A stretch of 47,222 bases of DNA, from positions 117,427,162 to 117,474,383 of the forward strand of contig NC_068982.1 in NCBI RefSeq assembly GCF_001194135.2. The letters run 5' to 3'. Below the pieces are notes generated by a model. That model ran no database searches and was not told the DNA's origin. It worked only from the letters and a program-made list of their open reading frames with translations. Each line of letters begins with the position of its first letter. The stretch's first letter is position 1. The position numbers were made by a program, and so were the translations under genes. Origin of the DNA: Octopus bimaculoides. Its lineage: Eukaryota. Shown here in pieces: positions 37,378 to 47,222 of the stretch.

Positions 37378-37590
37378 ATTGGTTTGAAATTTTGGCAAAA
37401 GCCTGCAAATTTGAGGGAAAGGGTATGTCGATTGTATCGGATTCAATACTCAGTTGCTACTTATTTTATCGTCCCTGAAAGGAAGAATAGCAAAGTCGAC
37501 TACGGTGTAATTAGAATGCAGAACGTAAACACGGATAAAATGCCGCCAAGCATTTTGACCGGCGGTCTATCGATTATGCCGACCCATTGT
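37378..37590 (-). mobile_element. Family B SINE, diverged
   Basis: Plus strand GGTTTGAAATTTTGGCAAAAGCCTGC...TACTTATTTTATCGTCCCTGAAAGG...AAAGTCGACTACGGTG...CAGAACGTAAA...AAATGCCGCCAAGCATTTTGACCGGC. Confidence 0.78.
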
Positions 37591-37624
37591 ATTGAGGAAT
37601 CTCTTTATTTGTGTATATATCATT

Positions 37625-37825
37625 TATCTGTTACTTGTTTCAGCCATTAGAATGTGGTCCTGCTGGGGCCCCTCCATGCGAGATTTAGTCAAGAAAATAA
37701 ACTGCAGTATGTATTTTTTAATACTTATTCTATCACCCTGTTTTGCAGAATAACTAAGTTGCAGGGCCTAAACAAACCAACACTGGCTACTAAGTGGTGG
37801 AGGGATAGACAGACTCACGCACATC
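37625..37825 (-). mobile_element. Family A SINE 3' half, diverged
   Basis: Plus strand TTACTTGTTTCAGCCATT...TGCTGGGGC...TACTTATTCTATC...TTTTGCAGAATAACTAAGTTGCAGGG. Confidence 0.7.
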
Positions 37826-39266
37826 GATATTTTGCGGGAAGGACTGTTTTAACGAAGTTGCCTATTGCCCTTACCTTCGAAACGCTGAGTAGATGAAACA
37901 GGGGACAACTGATGAAGGGAATGTTCTTTTGTTGCATGTCTCGTTTCTCTGGGGGTTTTTTTCGTTCGAAAAAGTTCCTTTTCTATGTTTTTGTTCTTAT
38001 GTTTTCGTTCCTCATTGTGTCTACGTTTTTTTGATGTCCTGTACCCATATATGCATATATATATATACATACATATGTGGGTATGTACATATAAATATGT
38101 ATGTATGCATTTATTTATATATTATTTATATTATTATATGATCGATCGCCAGGCATCCTTTTCCAAATAAGCTTTATCTTAATTACTATGCGCACCCTTA
38201 TTCTATCTCTGCTATCTCTTCTCTGTCTATCTATCTCCCTCTATTGTTCTTCTTCCTTTCTGTTTTTCTCTCCCACCATTTCCCTATTCTTCTCCTCTCC
38301 TCTTCACCGTTCACTGTCTCTCTATCTCTCTCAATCTTCCTCCTTGACTCTCTCCTTGCTGACACGTAACCAAAGGCCATATATCTTTCTTTCTTCCACT
38401 TCCTTCCTAAAGACAAGACGTGATTTTACCTGTCTCTTCTCAAAGCTCGTTTTCCTAGCGTTCATAATCTTCACATCATCTTGTCTTAACAGCTAACTCT
38501 CACCGTTTGTTTTTGCTGTCTTGTTCTCACTGTGCTGTTTTTGTTACCACTTTAATCCTCCGAAAAAGTGCTAAATTTTATTTAATTTGCTTTGTGGGAA
38601 GGACTGTTTTAATGAAGTTGCGTATTGTCCTTAACTTCGAATGCATGTATAACATTTTCAGTTAGCAATATTTTTGCAAAACTGTCCTTTGTGGGACTTA
38701 CTCCACTTTGGAAAATGCTAAACCGTTGGGCTACATTGACAATTTTTATACCTGGCGTCAGAAGGTGCTGGAGATACGATAGTTTCACCAAAAGAACCGG
38801 CTATTGCAAGCAAAATTATATATTGAAAAGAAGGCATTTCCCAAATTTGGGTATACGAGAGTTTTAACATAATAGCAACGATTTANNNNNNNNNNNNNNN
38901 NNNNNNNNNNNNNNNNNNNNNNNNNNNNNNNNNNNNNNNNNNNNNNNNNNNNNNNNNNNNNNNNNNNNNNNNNNNNNNNNNNNNNNNNNNNNNNNNNNNN
39001 NNNNNNNNNNNNNNNNNNNNNNNNNNNNNNNNNNNNNNNNNNNNNNNNNNNNNNNNNNNNNNNNNNNNNNNNNNNNNNNNNNNNNNNNNNNNNNNNNNNN
39101 NNNNNNNNNNNNNNNNNNNNNNNNNNNNNNNNNNNNNNNNNNNNNNNNNNNNNNNNNNNNNNNNNNNNNNNNNNNNNNNNNNNNNNNNNNNNNNNNNNNN
39201 NNNNNNNNNNNNNNNNNNNNNNNNNNNNNNNNNNNNNNNNNNNNNNNNNNNNNNNNNNNNNNNNNN

Positions 39267-39298
<32 letters not shown>

Positions 39299-41368
39299 TC
39301 ACATACTCAAACATCCACACGCACACACGCGGGCGCACACATTTACACGTACTGCTATAGTTCTGAGGTAGGTTATGATATATTTGGTCTGATTCCAAAC
39401 CAATTATAAAAATCTAAGCTATCTACGATGTTGCATATTTAGCCTTATATCGTCGCAGGGACAGGCTAATATGCAATGCTTCCATCCATCTGCACGAATA
39501 TGAAAGGATATACGAATTTTATGTACAACACACTGCTTTTTTCTGTAATTATAGTGGTGAATATATGTGTATTGGTGCAAAATAACTGCTATATAAGAGA
39601 ACAATTTCATTTCAGAAGTAAAGAAAATAGAATTTAGAATCAGGAATGACACTTAGTTGCTGTTAGCGAAAAGTAGCATAACATTAATAGAGTCAATTAA
39701 TAATGTTAACTAGACATTGCAATGTGCTCAAATTTTTATCTTGTGTTGACGTAATTTCCATAGTTTAAAAACAAGTTGCATGAGGTAACAGAGTTGTTAA
39801 GTCGACAGATTGAAAGTTGAATTATTTAACCTAGAAGTGATTTCAGTTTTCTGAATTTAGCCATAGTAAGTCGAATAAAAATTTTGATAATTTAATGGAC
39901 GAATATTTTCTATCCTTTTAAAAAGAATGTCTTTTCAGTATATTGCATCTTTTTTTTCTAGGCGTTCCACGATTGCATTTATTTCGATCCTGGAAGTAAT
40001 TTCCTAATTGCTGTTCTTCAGGTTTTGGTGTGTGTAAGGGTGAATTATGATTATAGTAGTCGTTTTTTTAATTGGTTTTCTGTCATCCCTATATTGCTTT
40101 TACACCGATTTGTTTAAGATAAGCAATAAATTCTTCATGACATCGTAAATTTAGTAGTGTGCTTTTTGCATGTTTGGCATGACTTTCCGCTGATGACCAA
40201 AACATTTGAAATCACTCCTAAAAACCGAGAGAAATAACTTCTATGTCAAAATATATTTGGAACTTGAAGGAAAGGAAAATATTAGCATAAAGTTGTCAAT
40301 AATAGATGCTGATACTTCTTACATAAATGTTTAGGGAGGTGCTTAATATGCAGAGCACACAAATTTCATATGATTACAATACTATAACGTACTAAAGGGA
40401 AATATGTACACGTTTTAGGCTATACTATGCAGACATTGATGTTAACATCTTTTTTTTGTAATGTATATTCGTGAACAGAAAACAAAAAAGATCAGATGCG
40501 CTTGTATCTGACTTGGAAGTACTGCTTAGAAATAGACTATTAGTAATGTATTAATTCAAGTAGATCGACCGATTTGCATAATAACGCACACTCGGCAATT
40601 AATTCGATTAATATATCCAACTGTAAATAAAAAAAAGGATATACACACAGTTTTAGATCAAGCTGATACTATACTATTCGAGTATTTTGATTTTAACCAA
40701 AATTACACACATACACTGATGTAAGCAATATCTTTGTGGGGATAAAAATATTTCTAATAAAGAAAAGATACTTATACTTACCTATATATACCCTGTCGGC
40801 TAAAATTCATAAGCACCTTCTGTAAATACAGCTTTAAAGCTACATGCTGTTTAAACGTAGGCAGTTCATTAAAATGAAATCATTGCTAATCAAAAGAAAT
40901 GAAATGATATCGGTAGGCAAAATTCAGAATATAAACACACCATTAAAAAGGTACCAAACAACTAACTGACACGGACCCGATATGGCAACAACAGCAGAGA
41001 TAGCATCATAAAAACAGCAGTGCAACATCGCATGTTCAAAGGGTGGGGGTGTGGAAGAAATCTCAGGAAGAAAATATAATCGGAGACAAGAAAAGTGCAA
41101 ACTATCCAGAAATTATAAGCAAAAGTTAATTCTCAACCTCAACATTCTTCCAGTATCCAGCAACGATTGTATCATATCTCCCATTCTTATAATTACAATA
41201 CATATTCACATTATTATTAATAAAAAACATTCTCTATTTATGTAGATATGCCTGCGGTCAGAATTCTGTTCATATACATATGTTCATATACGTAATACAT
41301 ACATACATACGTACATACATACTTACATACGTACATACACACATACATACATACATACATACATATAT

Positions 41369-41580
41369 TGTTTTCTACTCTATGCAGAATGCCTAAAATT
41401 TAGGGGATGGGGCCAGTCGAATAGATCGACACCAGTACGCAACTGCTACTTAATTTACCAACCTCCAAAGGATGAAAGGCAATGTCGTCCTCGGCGGAAT
41501 TGAACTCAGAACGTAACGACAGACGAAATATCGCAAACCTTTTCACCCGGCGTGCTAACGATTCTGCCAGTTCGCCGCCT
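41369..41580 (-). mobile_element. tRNA-derived SINE family B (Meta-domain-like)
   Basis: Reverse complement GGCGGCGAACTGGCAGAATCGTTAGC...GAGTTCAATTCCGCCGAGG...GCCTTTCATCCTTTGGAGGTTGGTAAATTAAGTAGCAG. The central block resembles the Meta domain of MetaSINEs (recalled). ATACATACATATAT flanks both sides and may be a TSD within a microsatellite. Confidence 0.85.
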
Positions 41581-42005
41581 TATACATACATATATGTATA
41601 AGGGGACGTAAACAAACAGCCATCCGGAAGAAACAGACACATGTACACACGCAGATATATACATACATACATACATATATAACTGTATATATGTATATAT
41701 ATTTATATATATATATATATATATANNNNNNNNNNNNNNNNNNNNNNNNNNNNNNNNNNNNNNNNNNNNNNNNNNNNNNNNNNNNNNNNNNNNNNNNNNN
41801 NNNNNNNNNNNNNNNNNNNNNNNNNNNNNNNNNNNNNNNNNNNNNNNNNNNNNNNNNNNNNNNNNNNNNNNNNNNNNNNNNNNNNNNNNNNNNNNNNNNN
41901 NNNNNNNNNNNNNNNNNNNNNNNNNNNNNNNNNNNNNNNNNNNNNNNNNNNNNNNNNNNNNNNNNNNNNNNNNNNNNNNNNNNNNNNNNNNNNNNNNNNN
42001 NNNNN

Positions 42006-43145
42006 GAGCTTCTTAATTTCATCAAATTTCCCAGAAAAGCATTACATAGACAGAAGTATATGCGGGTTGTACAACAACACAAATGAAATGAATGATGAGC
42101 AAAATAATGATATTGTTGAGAGAAGCAGACCACGCCCGCCGAACGATGCTTCCCGAAAACATTGTTCTTTTTTTCTCTTTTATAAAACCATTTGAGGTTA
42201 TAAACCTCTTACTATAATTCACTTCGACACAAGTTCCGCGACGGATATTGTCATCTATCCACTCGAGTTCCATTTCAGGTGGCAACCCACAGACCCAAGC
42301 TCTTGTCAACTTCTTCCCACAATATGTGGGAAGAAACAGGATCTCCTGGCCCTGCAAGGGCTGGCTCACAAATTTGTGAATCACCTCAGAGGTGTTAAAT
42401 AGCAGCCATAACGTTGTATACTTGACACCTCTAGAAATAAACTTTATAGTTGGCAGATGCTCTGCCAAGTCTTTCTCTATTTCGATTTTGGGAAAGACGG
42501 TGAGGGTGTCGAGTGACTTTAAATATTTTCTTAACACCGCCGTCCTTACCTCTGAGTCTTTTAACCACTGTTTGAGAGTGACAATCTCCCACTGCAACAC
42601 AGTGTTCGTTTTTTCTGCCATATTTGGGAAAAGTTAACAGAAAAAATTCCAAATATTAAAATACAAAAAAGGAAAGAAGGAAGAAGGAAATCAGCCCAAA
42701 ACACAGCGACTTCATTCTTCCGGCCAACTGGTACAGCAACAGGAACACAACAAACGGAACAAAGCTTCATAAATTTCACCAATAAATTGATACAAAAATT
42801 GGTAAAAAAAATCACAATATTTGGAGGTGGAATATGAACACTGCATACAATCTTCCGGCCACCGATACTCCAGGCCGACCAAATAGTAACAGGAACACAG
42901 CAGCAGGAACACAAAAACAACGTTCACAAGTTTTGAGGCGAGATACGCCCCCAAAACAACTCATTTCTCACCGCTATGCCCAACTGCAGGCAGACAAATG
43001 CTCGGAATCCAGACAACAAACCCCAACTGAATCCCCAAAAATAAAAGTCCTACCATGCAGTTGAGCTTCACTAGTTCAATAATTGACGACACTACACACT
43101 AGCGTCATAGCTCCTCTCTGTGTAAAGAAAACACTGACACACGCA
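42006..43145 (-). mobile_element. Non-LTR retrotransposon 5' portion: 5' UTR plus ORF1 (gag-like), probably L1/Tx1 clade, truncated
   Basis: ORF 42022-42621: MAEKTNTVLQWEIVTLKQWLKDSEVRTAVLRKYLKSLDTLTVFPKIEIEKDLAEHLPTIKFISRGVKYTTLWLLF...LFLPTYCGKKLTRAWVCGLPPEMELEWI. The RRM-like ending (V.GLPPE) is typical of L1/Tx1 ORF1. The upstream region is UTR-like with repeated GTGTTCCTG(C/T)T words. The assignment is from recalled family features and no ORF2 was seen. Confidence 0.55.
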
Positions 43146-43150
43146 TGCGC

Positions 43151-43187
43151 GGAAGCAAGCTTCTTACCACGCTGCCACGTCTGCGCC
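43151..43187 (-). mobile_element. Family A SINE head only (37 bp)
   Basis: Reverse complement GGCGCAGACGTGGCAGCGTGGTAAGAAGCTTGCTTCC aligns to the head at 47029 and the head ending at 19522. Confidence 0.7.
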
Positions 43188-43994
43188 TACGTATATACTT
43201 CAAATTTATAGAAAAACAAAGATGAAGGCAGGTGTAGGAACAACAAGCAAATGTATTTGTTTGACGATCGGGAAAAATGGAAAAGTCATCTACGTTTGGA
43301 GCCCACGGTCTTCGACAGAAACGAATAAGAGGAAATAAATAAAGAGAAAATGAAAAAAGAAAATGTGGTCCATCACACATACGCACACACACACACACAC
43401 ACACGTATATGTATATATATAGACACATATCTGTACAGCAGATCTGTGTCGTTATATATCGGTTACATGTGTCATCGTAGACAGATTTAAATACTGGTGA
43501 GTATGCATGTTTTGGGAAATTCCCTCTGCACCAAACCTCACTGAAGTTCCTCTGTGTTTCTAGTCTTCAGTATTATCATGACCCAATGACTGAACTGCAG
43601 AAAACATGTAACAAATAACATTATTAATGCTGACCAGTTTTGCTGGTAAAAAAATATGGAACACATGAACCTATTCACCAAGAAGATATTAATAAATGGA
43701 ATATTCTCTTGTTACGGAGAGCTATTTACGAAAATTGATTTTCGTTACAGAGCAATAATTATCATTTCAAAATTAGCAATATTATATTTACCGTTGCGTA
43801 TATAGTTTCTATTTGAGTAGGCAACGTAATCACTATTCGCTTATATCTAAATATACAAAATGAGAGGACACTAATTGCTAGACTTTACAATGTTGAAGGT
43901 ATATTATAAAACTCTACCAAATTTTTTAATCACGTATTGTAATTAGGTTTTAAGATTACATTAGCTATAGCTTGTAGACTCAACATTATATATA

Positions 43995-44056
43995 CACTTA
44001 TGTGTGTGTGTATATGTATAATAGATGTATGCATATATATAATGCGAACGTATGTA

Positions 44057-44116
<60 letters not shown>

Positions 44117-44155
44117 GCACACCTATGTACGTATATATATATATATATATATATC
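43995..44155. repeat. (TG)/(TA)n compound microsatellite
   Basis: Direct reading. Confidence 0.92.
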
Positions 44156-44678
44156 CTGACTTTGCAATATTTTCTCTTCGTGTTGACCATTATTTACTTC
44201 AATAGTCTTCCGTGCGCCTCGAGAAATGTTGTTCAAAGTGTTTTAGAAATTTTATCATCAGAATTATAAAGACTTTGTCTTCGACTTCAATGACTTTTCT
44301 TATGAATTAGCAATTTTGAAGCTTGTTCATGTTTTTCTTCTTGATCTTGTATGCTTTCATCTTACTAGCTGCTCTCGATATTACGGCATAAACATCTCGA
44401 GGGTAAATCGCTTTTCGTTGTCTATCCATACATTCCTATTAATTCGGTATTTGACATTGAGCAATTCTCATATATAGTCTTGATAGAACGGATCTACTTA
44501 ATCTGGGAAACTGCAAATTGCTCATATATTATTGGCATCATTACCCAGCGGATTTAAATGGTTTCTAAGACTCACAAACGCATGATCGTAAATGTGATCG
44601 AAGATCAATAGCCTCAGATTATTATTTTCTTTTATATGTTAAGAGTAATGGTTGATTCAGATTACATTACTCAGTCTA

Positions 44679-44883
44679 GTAATATTGGTTTCAAGTTTTG
44701 GTGCAAGGTCAGTAATTTCAGTAGAGGAATCTAAGTCGATTACATCAATACCACCTCTCAACTATTACATATTTTATCGACCTCGAAAGGATCACGGTGG
44801 AATTTGAACTGAGAACGCAATGACGGACGAAATGCTACAAAGAATTTTGCCCGGCATGCTCACGATTCTCGCGGCTCATCGCC
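44679..44883 (-). mobile_element. Family B SINE with internal deletion and perfect 12-bp TSD
   Basis: Homologous to 41369-41580 (plus strand TTTTATCGACCTCGAAAGG...GGAATTTGAACTGAGAACG...GACGAAATGC...CCCGGCATGCTCACGATTCT). TTACTCAGTCTA occurs at 44667-78 and 44884-95. Confidence 0.85.
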
Positions 44884-47028
44884 TTACTCAGTCTAACACT
44901 GACCACATTTTCATATGTAGAAAAACGCACAATTAAGTATCGGAGATCATTGGGGTACCAATTATCGATGTTGATATTAGCCAGGTGATGACTGAATTAC
45001 ATATATCTTTTAAATATAGAATACAAACTTGGTGAGTTCAGTATTAAAACCTTATTTGAAACACGTTAGCGACAAAAAAAAAAAAACGTGTATTTTCCAT
45101 TTTCGTAATAGTTTATTTATAAAGATAAATATATTTTCAAGGTATTTTAGAAGCATCAAATATAGTTTATTATCGTTAAAATTATGTACGAAGTTGCTAG
45201 GTCTTCTTGTGTGCGTATAACAACTTGGTAAACGAAGATCTTAATATCGACGAAGATCTAGAAAATATTCTTAAATTAGTATTGAATTTTTCATCTCGAA
45301 AGTGTACTAAACGGCATAAAATCAATTTGTCTTCATTTGCGAAATCGACAACTACATTGTAATAAAAGAAGAGCCACAAAGAACATATTTTGATAATATT
45401 TAGCAATCTATCGGAATTTATGTTGAATATTGGTTTTACAAATACAACGTATAGATTATTTATCTATTGACTCGGTACACGACACTAAATTTTTAAATAA
45501 GTTGGTGTTAACAGACTTAGTACATGAGCGCGAAAATGATAACTAGACATAAATGGTAAACAAATCACACTTAATAAACTACGGGATAAATTAACGATAA
45601 TAGACAATGTTGAATATTTGTTTTTCAGTATGTACGAAGAACAATGTTTGATGCGTTGCAATCAAAATCTGATCTTGTAAGTTTACAATCGTCGCCATCA
45701 TACCTGCTGAAGTAATAATTAATGAATACGAAAGTAATTACTGTGAGCAAAGAAATGTTATTTGTATGAAAATATTAGAATATTTCTCGGTTAAAAGTTC
45801 AAATTTTAATACAATAACTCTAGCTATGCTATTGCGCAACGTACATTTAAACAAGCAAAACTTTTTCACCTGCATATATGCCTAACTTTCTGAAGATCGA
45901 TTAACTTAGCACATAATATTTATTATACAGGTTGACACAAGAACACATAATAAATGTATTTTATTGCTCTATTTCTATCAGTTTTACAAATCGTTTGCAC
46001 TGGTATCTGTTTGTACCCCTATAGAAAACTTCCTGATCATGAAACTGCATTTTGAGTATCAATAAATGACTGGTTTCACTAATAAAGAAATATTCAGAGA
46101 ATGGTGGCTAGTTATAAGAATAATATTTTTTGGGGAAAAAATAGGTAATTTTCGATTTCAAATGAAAAATGGAAAATGAGAGTATACGAAGGTGGACTGA
46201 AAGTTAGGAGCTGGGAAATCTTGCGTGCATTAATTTCAACTCTTCATATTAATACTCCAAATGTTACTAGTAGTGACTTCTCTTGAAAATGGACAAAACA
46301 TGGCATGCTGGTATTTTGAAGTACCTGTAGAATGAGAGTTTTTTTTTCTGCCAAATTCTATGCATTTAGTTCTAATGTTCTTGTACTTTTACAATATCGT
46401 TTGAGCAAAATTTTGATCAAAAAAGATCGGAACGTTTATTAATGTATGTGGGTGAGTATATGTACGTGAGTGTAAAACTTTATACACACACACGCACACA
46501 CACACATACACATTCGCACGCACATGTACAAACACACACACATGTACATGCCTGTTCGTCTATTAGGTTATATATATGTTTGTGTGTGTGTGTGTGTGTA
46601 TATATATATCCATATATGTAAATTTTAAAAATAATTAGATTTAACATATAACATTTTAGAATAGGTGCTTTCTAAATATTTACAAGGAAAATACTCCCAG
46701 TGATTTTGCAGTTTCATTATGAGCACATGTAGTTTTATATGCATGTCAATTTGCATCTTCATATATTTATACATGTATTATATACATCAATATCAATATA
46801 CATACATGCACACAGTTATGTAAAATGAATATTAATTATACACAACTCACACGCACATATTATATATCAGGTATTGTCTATCCGTATGTGAAAGATTGTT
46901 TTAAGTGAAAAGTTATGTACTATCATTTATAGTTTATGTGATGTGCTTCGAACAATTGTTCCAAGAAATAATTATTTAACGTTCACTTGAAAGTTTATAT
47001 AACATGACGCCTTATTCATATATATATA

Positions 47029-47190
47029 GACGCAGGAGTGGCTGTGTAGTAAGTAGCTTGCTAACCAAGCACATGGTTCCGAGTTCAGTTCCACTGTGTG
47101 ACACCTTGGACAAGTGTATTCTACTATAACCTCGGGCCGACCAAAGCCTTGTGAGTGAATTTGGTAGACGGAAACTGAAAGAAGCCCGTC

Positions 47191-47222
<32 letters not shown>
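47029..47222 (+). mobile_element. CORE-like tRNA-derived SINE (family A), 5' half, running into internal (TA)n at the window edge
   Basis: Head GCAGGAGTGGCTGTGTAGTAAG...GGTTCCGAGTTCAGTTCC, then CTGTGTGACACCTTGGACAAGTGT (resembling the MIR/CORE domain), then GGAAACTGAAAGAAGCCCGTCG(TA)n. It is homologous to 25715-26120 and 24102-24494. Confidence 0.88.

Noticed and set aside
38625-38867. ORF containing GLTPLW, ankyrin-like
   Set aside because: The rest of the ankyrin consensus is missing and the region overlaps the short repeat described in findings.

Overview
This is repeat-rich, strongly AT-rich animal nuclear DNA from a short-read assembly, with 12 N-gaps, most of them flanked by microsatellites. 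The SINE families resemble octopus SINEs as I recall them, so a coleoid cephalopod (probably Octopus) is inferred, not proven. Most ORFs in the supplied track are artefacts of microsatellites, N-runs or low-complexity DNA. Supportable content: three tRNA-derived SINE families (one CORE-like with an internal microsatellite, one Meta-domain-like, one full-length copy with a CAA tail and TSD); two truncated Tc1/mariner transposases (irritans-like mariner and maT/DD37D-like); three Penelope-like GIY-YIG fragments, two followed by hammerhead-ribozyme motifs, plus an orphan motif; an L1/Tx1-like ORF1 fragment apparently nested in a SINE; a probable Helentron-associated non-autonomous element; and a ~1.8 kb diverged inverted repeat enclosing one Penelope fragment. 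No host gene could be identified, although several unexplained coding-like islands exist (10.5-10.9, 16.2-16.4 and 20.2-21.9 kb). I found no rRNA, intact tRNA or CRISPR array, and nothing I can defend as a wholly new biological system. The best leads are the hammerheads, the inverted repeat and the unexplained reading frames.
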